A DNA stretch of 63,602 bases, the filler included, from Choristocarpus tenellus KU-1152 (Eukaryota; Protista; Phaeophyceae): assembly GCA_964200185.2 (NCBI GenBank). It is 12 parts of 12 records of this genome, joined end to end, with 100 filler letters (N's around TTAATTAATTAA, not from the genome) between each part and the next. Parts side by side here need not be neighbours in the genome. Positions count along the whole stretch, not along the records: positions 1 to 9,811 come from CAXNAD020003371.1; positions 9,912 to 12,611 come from CAXNAD020025528.1; positions 12,712 to 18,290 come from CAXNAD020010358.1; 9 more parts are not named here. One strand, 5' to 3'. Below the pieces are notes generated by a model that was given only the letters and a program-made list of their open reading frames with translations, did not search any database and was not told the origin of the DNA. Below are positions 1-12,738 of this stretch, in pieces. Both the position numbers and the translations under genes were made by a program. Every line of letters begins with the position of its first letter. Within the stretch, counting starts at the first letter, position 1.

Positions 1-54
1 GCCCTTCTAAATGCAAATACAGTCGCAAAAAAAAAACTTTCGGTACTTTTTTTC

Positions 55-120
55 AGACCGTTTTCGCAAAACAACCATCCTCACAGTCCCGCTCCTTCCT
101 CAATTTTGAAAACCCACTGT
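55..120 (-). mobile_element. Terminal segment of a TA-flanked DNA transposon (Tc1/mariner-like)
   Basis: The reverse complement (ACAGTGGGTTTTCAAAATTGAGGAAGGAGCGGGACTGTGAGGATGGTTGTTTTGCGAAAACGGT) closely matches 53598-53660. Both copies abut a TA dinucleotide at the terminus. Confidence 0.5.
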
Positions 121-1533
121 TATTTGGGAGTTGATTGTATTTTTGTTGCTCTTGCATATATATTGCGTGGCTTATATTAATGACTGATACTGTGGAAACA
201 ATAACGGTATAATAACAAACATGCTTTCCACACTACTATCAATGTATATTATTTCGAATTATTAGTACATAAAAATGGAGAAAAAAAGTACGAGACAGGT
301 TTGTAACAGATCGCAAACAAAAATACAAGGCGTAAGAGTGAGGGTGTTGAAACTGGTGAAGGTGTTTTCCTGGTGAATGATTTCACTCATCGAAGGCTTC
401 TATTTCTCTTGTTTTCAACTAGCAGATAATACACCAACTACTACGCCTGTTGTATCAGAAGGCCTTCGTTGTTTCCTCCTGTATACTGGGGTATTTTTCT
501 CCCTCATAGCAACATCCACGTGGAAAATGTTAGTGGGCATGTGAATACATAAGACATACAGTAATTTAAATATTATGGTAGTAGTCTAGTCAAGGAGGCG
601 TACCATTCGGCAGGAGAAATTAGCGTATATTACTATACGCTAACTTATGTCCAAATTTAGCAGGTGAAGCGACCAATATCTACGAAAAATATATTGAACG
701 GTTTTGTACCTGCCACGTTGTGCCTACCCAACAAGTAACACCCCCTTCTTTTTCCAAATAGTACCATATACCATGCCATGGTTATGGTAAAGTAACCAAT
801 CACAGAGTAGGTACCTTCGTTGCGGCACTTGCATATTCGATCTCTAGGCTGCACTCTCTATCTCCCAAATACTACAAAAGTTAACAAGAATGTGCCAAGC
901 TCTTTACATCCATGAAACAGTGACCCCTAACCCGATCCGGGGAGATTGGAAATTGTCCAATGTCAGATGTTACTTTTCTTTACAGCAGATGCGATCTTGT
1001 TTGTAGATATCACGGCATTCTTGAGCACATGCACTGCACAGTGGATGACTAAGGTGTACCAAGCACAAGTAATAGAAAGGTTGTGGAGATAGTACATCAT
1101 CAAGGGACGTGCCCACTGACTGGTAGGGGAAACACAGAAGTTGCATGACACCTGTGATACACTCTCGATCATACCCTCAGTGTTATTTATTTTATTGGTT
1201 CTTAACTACTTGTTCCGCCTTTGATTGCCGAATTAGCATTCTCATAGAACTCTACTCGGGCGGTGAACGGAGATGCATGTCAGCTTAGTGTAGTATGCTG
1301 TTAAAAACCATGGATATTCAGAATGACTTCAAATTGAAGAGATAAAAATTCATATCACCAACCTACCTCATTTGCTCAAAAGCAAGGCACGCACCAGGAG
1401 CCCTCCTTCAGGCAAATGGGTTAGGGGTTGGTTGTGGGCGACCAAACCTTCTCCTCTTCATGAGATCATCCTCAACCTCTCTACTCCTTTTTAAGTGCCA
1501 AAACGTACATGCACTCGTGTGTGTGCGTATGTG

Positions 1534-2078
1534 TGTTACAGGTACGCTTCAGAAGCTTACCTCCACCAGATGTGTAGCTCCAATCCACCGACCTATAGAT
1601 GACGTCGATGTTCATACAGAGCACCCAGGATCCTCCACAGGATATACAACTCCAATCCACAGGTCTATAGATTACGCCCATGCTCGCACAAGGCTCCCAG
1701 GACACTCCGACAGCCAAAGGAGTCCAATCCACAGGTTAACGAACGTCAGCTTAGCAGAACAGGGGTACTCTCAATGAATGAATTAGCACTAGAAATGTTT
1801 ATTGGTATCAGTTAAGAGAGTTTAAGTGGGTCTCTAGGTCAGAACTGAGCTGTTTGGAGCCGTTTTTAGGATCCCTTGTCGTCATTTACCATTGGGGCTT
1901 CTTTGGTTAACAGACATCGGAATATATCTGAGAACCCTTGCGACTTTCCCGAGTTACAGATTTTATTCTGCAACCTTTTAGCAAATCGGAGTTCCCCCTT
2001 TTGGGGTTCCTCATGAGTGTACACTGCTCGCGCCGGTTAAAGCGCGGGAAGAAATACTCGCACTACTCGCCTGTAACA
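1534..2078. mobile_element. Solo LTR-like element, TGTTACAGG...CCTGTAACA family (545 bp)
   Basis: TG...CA ends with inverted termini. Left arm (TTACCTCCAC..GATGT..AGCTCCAATC) is shared with the copies at 5671, 24780 and 47761. Flanks are TGTG/TATG. A TCCAATCCAC motif recurs three times at a 72-bp period. Confidence 0.7.
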
Positions 2079-2668
2079 TATGCGTTTTCTTGTCCACCCC
2101 TCAATTGTGAGACATGTCTACCAGGATGTGACATACGCAGCTCTTTTTCTCTCCAAGGTTGTGGCATTTTTCAAGGGATACCCTATTTTGCTGCTGTTTG
2201 GTTTAGGGTTATCCACAGCGAGTGACTGTGTTTGACTTGTTTAGTCTCATACTGGATAACAATTAGTTTGATTTTTTTGTCTGAGAAGTTCTGTATGTTA
2301 TTCTATTTGTGCTGCTTGGATTAGCACATACAGGATAGTCCTAGTTCCTATAGGAAGTCAAGTGCTTACTCGAAGTAAATGTCAAGGAGGAGCACAATGT
2401 GCACAGAGGTGAATGAAGGAAGAGTTTTACCCGTTGGTATGAGTAGTTTGGTCTAGGGACGTTGGCCGCGGAGGGGATATGACATGCCATACAGATTTGC
2501 GTTACTTGACAATCACTACATTCCTATAATTATTTATTTCCTACCCCATCTCTCTTATCATGACAGAGATATGAAGTAAACATAGCAGCACCATCGTATT
2601 TTTGCACTGTTAAATAATGGATCAATCCGGATCAGAGTATAGGTTGACGGATTTTGAAGCATGTAACA

Positions 2669-3580
2669 GGTCGGCAACCAGTCAGCGACCTTCACCTTTT
2701 AGTCCTTTGTACTGGTTGATGGCGTTCCCCTGCTGGGTCCTAGACAACAGATATTCCCGTACCTGCCCCAGGGCTGGAGGCCAGGTGCGACAGCACACAC
2801 CCTTGGTGAAACGCCTAAGCGAACTATGCAGGGAATGGGCATCCCTTGCACTACGGAGGACGGCAGCCCCTTCACGGTAGGCCAGAATTCCCGCATGGAT
2901 CTAGCCTTCCATGCAGGGGCACTTGAGGACGCTGGAAACAGCCCTCTACCGGGGCAAAGGTCTCCTGCTAGATGTTACATTTGCAGAAGTGCGGGCGAAC
3001 TCCCATCTCCCACATTCATCCACCAGCAATGGTGTAGCTGCAGCATAGGCACGAAAGCGCATCGTTGTAGTTATAACCTCAACAGGCTCAAAGTATCTGG
3101 GGGGGGGGTGGCGGCTGTCATTTTGGGGTCAATTTTTTTATGTCGCTATTTGTTGATGATTTGGTTGCATACGTCGGATGGGTAATGTAAAGGCACTTTT
3201 AGTGGTTTTAGTCCAAATGGACACCCTGGTGTAGACCCCCCCCCCCCCCAGATACTTCGGGTCACACCTTCGCGGTGGAAAGTTTTGGGCGCCTCAGCAA
3301 GCAAACGGACTGTTTCCTGGACGAGCTGGCTACACACATGGTGGGGGGGAGAGGAACTGGAGGTGAAGGCAGGAAGGGGGCGGTCAAATCGCGGCTACGC
3401 CAAATAGTCTCAGTAGTAACAACATAAGTGGCACTGTCTAGACGTGTGATGTGTTTTAACCTGGAGTCACCAGAGAGATGGGCAAGGAGGGGTTGGATTC
3501 TTGGGATGCCTCCCTAGCTCCTCACCCTGGGGTGCAGGAATAGGTACATTGGAGGTACAGGAAGGCAGTGGTACAACATA
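2669..3580 (+). mobile_element. Degenerate 3' portion of a CRE-clade non-LTR retrotransposon (RLE endonuclease), interrupted by a MITE
   Basis: Paralogue of 4300-5030 (TCPRAGGQVRQHT..., RMDLAFHAGALEDAG, LLDVTFAEV) with frameshifts and the same 3' UTR. A MITE is inserted at 3085-3263. Confidence 0.85.
3085..3263. mobile_element. MITE family B (~180 bp, TIR CAAAGTATCTGGGGGG)
   Basis: TIRs GGCTCAAAGTATCTGGGGG / CCCCCAGATACTTCGGGTC with a 3-bp TSD ACA. The empty site AACCTCAACACCTTC is visible in the paralogous LINE copy at about 4705-4719. Confidence 0.92.
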
Positions 3581-3814
3581 TGCAATATTGAAATAACAAA
3601 TAGATTAATATTTTTCACATTTGTAACAACTTTTACTTCTTCAGGGTTTATACTGACATGTGAATAGTTTTCATTGGTTTTCCCCCTGACACATCAACAA
3701 AATGTCAGAGGGCATAATAATATTATATAGTATAGTTATATCTTCAATATCTTTTAAATATGAATACCATTCAACAAAATATCATACCAAAAAAATATAT
3801 CTACAATATAGTAG

Positions 3815-5030
3815 CACCCTCCTCGCAAGGCAGCAAGGGTCTCATGGCGAGTCATTCTCGCAAGCTATCTGCACGAGCCCCACCATACAGGCCTTAGAAT
3901 CATCGATTCACTCCCTCCTTTCCGCAGGTGTCCCCTCATAAGACCTTGCGGAAATCATTGGCCAAGACTGGGTAACCTGGGGGGGAACAACACCTCCTGC
4001 ACCTGCCCCAGAGACAGATATCCTGGCTGCTCATGACGCCAGGATCACAAGGAGGGCTCAACATGAGATCACACGCCTCCTGAACAGGATCCGTTTTGAC
4101 TCCTTCAGGACACAACTGGCCGACCTTCTAAGCGAGGCACACCAAGGGAGGGAAGCACCTCATTGACCCTAGCGCGCCACCGGAGCCAGTGAGGACAAGG
4201 GGCAACGTGTGGGCCTCAACTCAACCTCTGGAACCAACATGCCAGATCCCCCCTCTGGAATCTAAGCTCACAGTCAGCAGATCCCTAGGAAGGGAGGAAG
4301 TCCTCTCCAACAGGTGTCCATTGGCAGGGTGCAGGAGGTAAAATGTTGATACCAGACATGCCCGTACCTGCTCCAGGGCAGGGGGACAGGTACGACAGCA
4401 CACTCCAATAGTGAAACACCTGCAACTATGCAAGGGGATGGGCGTCCCTTGCACTATGAAGGGTGGCAGCCCTTTTACAGCGGACAGGAATCTCCGCATG
4501 GATCTAGTTTTCCATGCAGGGGCACTGGCAGATGCTGGAACAGCTCCCTACTGGGACAAAGGCCTTCTGCTTGATGTTACATTTGCAGAAGTGCAGACAG
4601 CATCTCACCTGCCACACTCATCCACCAGCAACGGTGTAGCTGCTGCTGCAGCTGAGGCACAAAAGCGCACCCACTACGAGGGCTCTTTTGATCCTCGTAG
4701 TTATAACCTCAACACCTTCACGGTGGAACGTTTTGGACGCCTTGGCAAGCAAGCGGAATGCTTCCTGGATGAGCTGGGTACTCACATGGTAGGGGGGAGA
4801 GGAACTGGAGGATATAGCAGGAAAGGAGTAATTAAATCCTGGCTACACCAAATTGTCTCCGTAACTACGCAAGTAGCACTGTCTAGACGTGTCATGTGTT
4901 TTAAACTTGAATCTCCAGGGAGATGGGCACGGAGGGGTTTATTGGATTCTTGGGATGCTTCCCTAGCTCCTCCCCCCGGGGCATAAGGTATAGGTAGATT
5001 GGAGACACAGGAAGTCAGTAGTACAACATT
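3815..5030 (+). mobile_element. 5'-truncated CRE-clade non-LTR retrotransposon: post-RT region, CCHC-like motif and restriction-like endonuclease
   Basis: ORF 4411-4986 carries the RLE motifs (LRMDLVF...GLLLDVTF...AAAAAEAQKRTHY...FTVERFGRLG.QAECFL). Upstream are C..C....HARTC...GG.VRQH and QHEITRLLN segments broken by stops and frameshifts. Confidence 0.88.
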
Positions 5031-5670
5031 GATAGTGGTGAGTATAACAAATTATGTTGGGGGGAGGTTAAGTTCTTGTGTTTAGTTTTTGGGGAAGTTC
5101 AAATGTTTTTGGGGTCAATCCGAATGGTGAATAGTCGCGACTCGACTGCTCTGTTTTGGAATCCGTTTTTTTTTATGGATTAGTATCTTTCGCATTTATG
5201 ACCTTTTTTATTGTCACGAAGTTATTAGCCCGAAAGAAATAAAATATCCTAAACATAAGAACACTATTAAACATTGTAAGTATGGAAACCACTAATCAGT
5301 TACTTCACTACCATCAAATATTGTACTACTGTCTTCCTTATCTTCCCATGACCTTTTATTTCTCTAGGGCTTATACCGACAATGTGTAAAGTTTCCATTA
5401 CTTTCCCCCCTGGAAAATGTCAGAGGGCATAATAATAAATTAGTAGTAATATTGTAAAGATATATATTCACCACAAACGGAAAAAATATATAATTATAAA
5501 AAAATATATATGAAAAAATAAGAGAGGAAGAGGGATAGAACACCTTTACCATCAAAGCTGTCGATCTCACTACTATTTTTTATTATTATGTCCTCTGACA
5601 TTTTGAAGAAAACCCAATATGCAACTCAATCCATACCAATGACAAACAATTTATCAAGTCATAGAAGAAG

Positions 5671-6155
5671 CGTTACAGGGTGCCCCAGAACTCACCTCCA
5701 CAGGATGTACAACTCAAATCCAACGACCTTAGAACAACGCTATAGAGGCGTTGCCTTTAAAACCAGTTTATTGGGTGTCAGACAGCCTTCTCTCGATACT
5801 CCACTCAGTACATAGCTCAAAGCTCGACTCAATGTTTCGTTCGAGATAAAAGACTGACGAAGAGATAAAGGATCATCTCATCCAAAAGTCCTTCTCATAT
5901 ATTCATCATTTGCCCGACCTCTTCAGACTACAAGTCAAAAGAAATCTGCAAGCTGTTGTCTACGTACTCAAATTACAAAAAAAATCTGCAACTTCCTGGG
6001 ATTAACGTCTATTCTGCGAGGTAATGTATGCATCTCAAACCTTACTCCGTGTTTCTTATCAATTCAAAGTTCCTCTTGTATGATTTCTTACGTATGTATA
6101 CTGTTCGCGCATTTTGGAACACGGAAAGAAATGCTCGCGCTATTCGCCTGTGACA
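5671..6155. mobile_element. Solo LTR-like element, TGTTACAGG family (485 bp)
   Basis: Ends (C)GTTACAGG ... CGCCTGTGACA with an exact 4-bp TSD GAAG on both sides. A fragment of the same left arm occurs at about 14272-14370. Confidence 0.8.
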
Positions 6156-6465
6156 GAAGATATTTGGACTCGCGCTATGTATTCCAATACATCGTTTCCT
6201 CACCCCAATCAACAATATTGTTCAGGGGATATAATGTGGACATACAACTTTCCTATCTCACATGATAACCTACTGTCCAGACAAGCTTGGCACCCACAAT
6301 CCTCAAACCTCATGAAACAAGTGGGCATTTATGACTCACAAGTCCCATCTAGCAACCAGATCTCCGTATTTGCTGGATGCATACACAAGAAAGTATGCTC
6401 AAGCCTGGTATCTTACCATTAATAATCCAGAGAGCTAGAGCTCCACGTATATTTTATTGGGACAG

Positions 6466-6671
6466 GCATTGTGACACATTACTTGATGGGGATAGATGAG
6501 GTGAAGACCTGCCTGAACGAAACAAACTGTTATAAGGTATTGCAGAGTTGCTACCTTCCACACTTGTCGGTAGTGCATTGTGACAAATTACTTGATGGGG
6601 ATAGATGAGGTGAAGACCTGCCTGAACGAAACAAACTGTTATAAGGTATTGCAGAGTTGCTACCTTCCACA
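6466..6671. repeat. Direct tandem duplication, ~109-bp period
   Basis: GCATTGTGAC...GCTACCTTCCACA is present twice, nearly identical. Confidence 0.9.
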
Positions 6672-6927
6672 TCAGTCAGTAGTGCATCTTTATTAAAAGT
6701 GAGTCCATGGTGTTTCAGAGTATAATTTCTCTCCACCAAGGTAGAGCGTGGTGCTAATGAGTTGCTTTGTACATTAAATATTTCCGCCAAGCGCCAAAAA
6801 AAATGAAGTGCTACACATTTCAGTGTACTCATGATGCCTGGAATACTCGAGATTAGTGTACAGATCAAGGAGACAACAGCCAACACGCGACCCTATTACA
6901 TCCTCCAGGGAAGAAATCCCAGAGTGT

Positions 6928-9193
6928 TCACGATATAGTACATGCCTTGGATACCACCGTCTCCACCTATTGGGGTTGGTTCACGGTGTTAAAACCAATG
7001 GGAGGGGAGATTCAAGCAGAACTGACTGTGTCGCCACATGGAGACAAATGTGTACAGCTATATACTTGATACACGAGCAACCTGGTCATACAGAAGTCCT
7101 TGCACACCCACTTTGTGAACTAGAAATGACCAATGAACAAGAAAGAGCTACTCCTGTTCACTTCGATTGTAGTTTTGAATAAGAAAACGGAAAGTACAAC
7201 ACACATTGGTAGACAAGGACCTCCGCCACTGAAAATATCAATGGAAAGAATGAAATTCTCAATATGAAGTATGCACTAGTACTATGTGCTTCAATATACT
7301 GTTATGTAAGAGGACCATATCACTCCAGAGCACAAACAATTCCTCAAGGTAGAATACAGCATTTGCAACCACGTCTGACTCCATATTATGCTGTACTATT
7401 TCATGTTGGGGGGACAGATGTAGCTTGACTATCAACATTTTCTATGACTGGTCATGCAATAAAGTCACCCACATAGGGGAAAGTGCAACAACATCAAATC
7501 TGACGGATTTGATCAATCAGTCTCCACACACACCCTCACGCCATTGAAGAGGTATTGCTTGCAGTGCACCAAACCTTTCATCAAAATGAGTGAAAGTAAA
7601 TTAGAGGGTGCGAGGTTTGCCCTATTTGTCCGTTTGCGGCTGGGCTTCTCACGGGTTTTATATGACATTCCTACTCTGAAATATTTCGGAGTAGGTAAAA
7701 TGTGTATGATGAAAAGGTGTGTCCGGAACAAGGATATTGGCACTTCCTTACAAAAGACAACCAAAATTACATCAAAATCGGAACATTGCATTTTGGACCC
7801 CAAATGGACATGACTCTACCCTCTAAGATACTTTGACCCAATATGACTGGCAAGCAGTGGAAGACTACTTGTTCTAAGTTGGTTCTGTGCCCTGCCACTG
7901 GTAGCACCTGCTCCTTGGCTGCAAGGTATGCTGCTGGCCTTTCCTTCAAAAGTCTACTCTTCTGTTCCTGCAGCAAGCAGATTTCGTCCTAACAAGGTCA
8001 TGCATGGAGGTGAGGTTAGGAGAAGATGAGAAATATGTAGAGAAGGCTAGTCTAGAGTTCCCATTCGATATTCTTGGATTATTACTTCAAAGTTATTCTA
8101 CACAAACGTTCTTGGAAAGAGGAGAGAAGGCGAGGTGGAGAGGGTGGCATAAGGAGAGACAGAGGAGTCTCATCCTTCCCACTTATGCTTTGACGGTATT
8201 AGTAGAGATCAGGTAGATGATACAGGAAAAATAGTCCAATTTTCACTCTTTCTCCATCCGAATATTATTTTGGAGTGAAAATATCTTGGAGGGTACGAGT
8301 TTTGCCCTGTTTGTCCATCTGAGTCTTGTCTTCCCACGATTTTCTTTTATTACATTTTCCTACAACAAAATGTTTCGGAGTAGTTGAAATTTATATGTTA
8401 TGAGAAGGTGTGCCTGGACCAAGGAAACTCACACTTATTTACAAGCACGATTGCCAAAATCATATCAAAATCTTAACATTGGAATTTGGCCCTCAAATGG
8501 ACGCAGGCCTACCCTCTAAGATACTTTGGCTCTGTGTCCAGAACATGGATATTGATACTACGTAACAAACACGATGGTCAAAATTCCATCAAAATCGCAA
8601 CATTGGATGTTGGCCCCCACATGGACACGGCTCTACCCTCCAAGATACTTCGGCTCTTGGATTGTTTCTATTAAGATTGAGGGGTTGTAGTACAACCATG
8701 CCAGAACCGGCCTTCCCGCATAGTGTTGTATTTGTAATCACTGTTAGTGGAAGTAGCTGTTCACAATGTCAGGTTGGCTTCACTTGGATAGGGTATGTCA
8801 CAAGATACAAAGAGTGATTTGGCACTTGTATCAGACTCCCTAGCAGGTAATCTATGTATAAATACAGACAACTTCATAGTATCAACGCTACACTTGTCAA
8901 CACTGAACAACCCAACCCCCATTCACCACTACTTAACCTCTACTATGAGGGGCAGGCGTGCAAGAGTGTAAAAGAAAGACCATTCTCCCATTAGGGTAGA
9001 GCGCAACACTGCCATCCAAACAAGAGGAACTGTGCATTATTCCCAGATCCCGTGCACCAACTGGTAAGTCCAACCTGAAACTATCGACTCCCCTGTCTTA
9101 CCCGTAATCGGAGTTTGGTCTCTTCTATCGACTGGGCCTTGGTCTCTAAGTTGCAGTTGAGTTTCTCCAGCTCACGAACTTGGTTGGCGTGTT
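6928..9193 (-). CDS. 3' end of a coiled-coil protein ending in a CaaX prenylation motif (partial)
   Basis: Phase-compatible GT-AG exons 9193-9102, 7967-7908 and 6966-6928 splice to ...HANQVRELEKLNCNLETKAQSIEETKLRLR-EQKSRLLKERPAAYLAAKEQ-VETVVSKACTIS*. Confidence 0.5.
7588..7839. mobile_element. MITE family A (~255 bp)
   Basis: GAGTGAAAGT...TTAGAGGGT / ACCCTCTAAGATACTTTGACCC termini with a 3-bp TSD AAT. Confidence 0.9.
8273..8656. mobile_element. MITE family A with duplicated right half
   Basis: A full unit (8273-8532) is followed by a second right arm (8533-8656). The TSD TTG brackets the whole 384-bp composite. Confidence 0.85.
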
Positions 9194-9811
9194 CTGGATA
9201 ATTTACCAAGATGTGAGAGGTGTAAATGATGGAGTGGCAAGAATACGGCACAGGGACAGTGAGATAATGTTCAGGAAGAGAAATCACAAGGGATGTGTCG
9301 GGTAGTACTCCTGAGTACAATCACATTGCATAACTTGGACTGGTGTGGCATTGGTTCAATTTTGTCAGAGAAATTGAAGGGGAATCGATCCATACTGATA
9401 TTGTGGCAAGCAGTGGTAGCAAGCAGAGCCGACAATATTCTTCAAAGCTGATGCAGTTCTTTTCAAATCGAAAATTTGTGTGTTCTAGATATTAGCTGAG
9501 ACTGAGAGGTTGCATCTTGATGCATGTTAGGCACAAAATGCTACCAGGCATACACCCTAAGATTGAGTGTGCTATAGGTCAGAAGAGGAAAAAATTGAGA
9601 AAATTCAAGAGAGTTGGCATCTTCGTTTCCATTCCATTCATAGCACCAACTCCATTGTTAAAACAAGCCCTCTAACCTGCAGTATGTCTACACACATTGC
9701 CATATTCACGACCCTGGTTCTCAGCCTATCTTTAGACAACTGAGTGAGAGTATCTTAGAGGGTACGAATTTTGCCCTGTTTGTCCATTTGGGGCTTGGCT
9801 TCCCTTGGGGT

Positions 9812-9911
9812 NNNNNNNNNNNNNNNNNNNNNNNNNNNNNNNNNNNNNNNNNNNNTTAATTAATTAANNNNNNNNNNNNNNNNNNNNNNNNNNNNNNNNN
9901 NNNNNNNNNNN
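9812..9911. other. Artificial contig linker (44 N + TTAATTAATTAA + 44 N)
   Basis: Identical 100-nt spacers with stops in all six frames occur at 9812, 12612, 18291, 23205, 26107, 32908, 37666, 50079, 53669, 56927 and 60541. The window is therefore 12 concatenated contigs. Confidence 0.98.
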
Positions 9912-9929
9912 CATGCAAGGCCCCATAAA

Positions 9930-10189
9930 GAGCCGAAGTATATTAGAGGGTACAGCCGCGTCCATTTGGGGGCCAAAGTCCAATGTTGTAATTTTGATGT
10001 AATTTTGTCTATTGTGTGTGTTTAGGAAGTGTTAATGTCGATATTCTGGACACACCTTCTAATAACATACACATTTTACACACTCCAAAACATTTTGGAG
10101 CAGGAAAATGTCATTAAAAAACCCATGGGAAGCCAAGACCCAAATGGACAAACAGGGCAAAACTCGTACCCTCTAAGATACTTTCACTC
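9930..10189. mobile_element. MITE family A (opposite orientation)
   Basis: GAGCCGAAGTATATTAGAGGGTA ... TACCCTCTAAGATACTTTCACTC. Flanks AAA/AAT. Confidence 0.9.
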
Positions 10190-10581
10190 AATGTTGTTTT
10201 GTTGCAGTCAAACAACACACCTTATGCAATGCCCGTGCTGCTCACCCAATAGATCCTCCAGACAGTCCCATTCTTCCTCACGCCCATTCCCCCGGGGGCT
10301 ATGACAAGTTTAGGGTAAGACTATTCGACACGGATGTTCTGGATGGTGTTGTACTGCCTTAGTAGGTAAGTTGACTGTAATGTGGATGAGCGTTGGTGGA
10401 GGGTTGATAGGACATGCGAACATAATTCTGTAGGTGAAGAAGGCCTATTGGAGATTAGTTCTCAAGTGTCACCCGGACAATCCATACAACTCAACACACT
10501 GAGTTGATGGTGATTCTGTGATAAGAGGATTCACTCATAAACGTTGTCTTTTCTAACCCTCACCACCCTTGGGTTGAGCAT

Positions 10582-11080
10582 AAGTAAAAGAGTGAAAGTA
10601 TCTTAGAGGGTACGATTTTTGCCCTGTTTGTCCATTTGGGACTTGGGTTCCCACAGGTGTTTTATGACTCTTTCCTACTCCGATATGTTTCGGAGTAGGT
10701 AAAAATTGCACGCTATGAAAAGGTGTGTCTGGAACAAGGATATTGACACTTCCTCAAAAACATGATAGTCAAAATTACATCAAAGTCGGAACATTGAAAT
10801 TTGACCCCGAAATGGACGCGGCTCTACCCTCTAAGATACTTTGGCTCAAAGTATTTCAGAGGCTTAGGAGTTTTGCCCTGTTTGTCCGTATAGGGCTTGG
10901 CTTCCGATGGGTTCTTTATGTCATTTTACCTACTCAGAAACATTTTGGAGTAGGTAGAATGTATTCGTTATGAAAAGGTGTATCCGGAACAAGGATATTA
11001 ACACTTAGTATTAAACACGATAGTCAAAATTACATCAAAATCGCAACATTGGATTTTGGCCCCCAAAGGTACTTTGGCTC
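10582..11080. mobile_element. Nested MITE family A (younger copy 10590-10847 inside the left TIR of an older copy)
   Basis: The inner copy has TSD AAA. Removing it restores AAGTAAAAGTATTTCAGAGG, a degenerate left TIR. The outer copy has TSD CAT/CAT. Confidence 0.85.
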
Positions 11081-11501
11081 CATGTACCTACAAGCAAAGC
11101 ACCTTCTTTGCATCATCCCACTGACCCAAGGCCATATAAGCACTTTCCCGCATGAGCGTCAGCTTATAGACCATCGCCATGTCTGAAGGTTGTGTGAGCT
11201 CCAGTGCCTATGCGAAGAGTCCACAGGTGATCAGGGTGTTGACAAAAAAAGAACGCACAAGTGATATTGGCAGGATCAGTGGCGGAAGTACTGGCAGGAG
11301 GGTTGCTTTTCCCATACATCCCTATCCTGTCAGTTGCCGTGGTAGAGTTTCTAGGGAGGTGTCTCATCTTTGGAGTCCCTTGGCAGTCATGGAGTGATGC
11401 GGTGGGGAGTAGGACCACATACTACTCTGGTGATGAATACAGATCAAGTATCTTCAACTGCCTTGACATCAATATATACATCACTTCAAGAGTAGCGTCA
11501 C

Positions 11502-11678
11502 ATTGCTGCAGTCTATCACAACTTCAGCATGCTCCCAACTATTTTCCGATGCCTCTGCTCTCTTGATATGAAGGCGTGCTCTTGTCTCTTTCTGGGACTG
11601 GTCTATGGCATATATCGCTAAATTCAGGAAGTAGGTGGCACTCCCAAACCTGCCCTCTCGGAGGCATTCATCGGCCAT
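11502..11678 (-). CDS. Internal exon of a TPR-repeat protein
   Basis: AG/GT-bounded 177-nt exon reading MADECLREGRFGSATYFLNLAIYAIDQSQKETRARLHIKRAEASENSWEHAEVVIDCSN, a TPR-like pattern. Neighbouring exons are not resolved. Confidence 0.5.
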
Positions 11679-12738
11679 CTGTTTTTTGTTACAACGATGA
11701 AGGCACATGCACAAACAGGCAAGTACAGATTATCATCATTATACACACAGAGAGCACTTCATACCAATGATGCTGTACAACCAGAAATTGTATCCTACTT
11801 GTGCACACCAACAAGTTCACAAATTTGAGCATGTGTTCATGCTAATGTACCTCCTGGGCAAACACATGCAATGATCCACATGTATACTCATTCCATGGTA
11901 AGCCATCGGATAAAGGGGATGCACATTGTGGTCAGGGTTTACTGAGTAAGGTGTGGAAGAGGGGGTATAGGGTGTATCCAGAGGAAGGCAAAACATTTCA
12001 AGAGCAAGACGCTGCATGCAATAAAACGATGCACTGGGAATATCTGCCGATATTTTGTCTTTCATAGCATTTGAGTAGTCTACCACCCAAAACCTGGCAT
12101 TGGTTTCAACTAGAGCTCCTCTACCCCTATTACGACATTATAATTTTGTAAAACAACCTAGGTAGTGCAAGTGCGTTGGGGAGCTTAGTACGAGGGTCTG
12201 ATATGACATAATCCTCATATATTGGGAAAGCTGATGTCCTCCAGAAGATTGTATGAAACATGCCCAAGGGGCGGTCCATGTTCAGGGGGTCACCACCAAC
12301 TTGTGCTCTCCAATAATGGTGATGGGAGAGGATTGCTGATGTCCAGATGCGTGCTTACATGCAGCCTGAGTGCTTGATGGCATAAATACGCCTTCACTCA
12401 ACCTACTGCAATACCTTGATGTATTTCATGCTAGCTCAATATTTTGTCACTTTCCCAGTTGCATCCAACTTGCTAATTTTCTGGCACACCTAGTTTGTGT
12501 TATAGCTCAGATATCTTAGACCAAGCCACCATCTGTAAGTACTCATGAGTGAAAGTATCTTAGAGGGTACGAGTTTTGCCCTGTTTGTCCATTTGGGGCT
12601 TGGCTTCCCATNNNNNNNNNNNNNNNNNNNNNNNNNNNNNNNNNNNNNNNNNNNNTTAATTAATTAANNNNNNNNNNNNNNNNNNNNNNNNNNNNNNNNN
12701 NNNNNNNNNNNTACATATTTTACCGTAACTGTCCGATA

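Noticed and set aside
9856-9867. Recurrent palindrome TTAATTAATTAA
   Set aside because: Artificial six-frame-stop linker between contigs. Gene neighbourhoods across linkers are meaningless.
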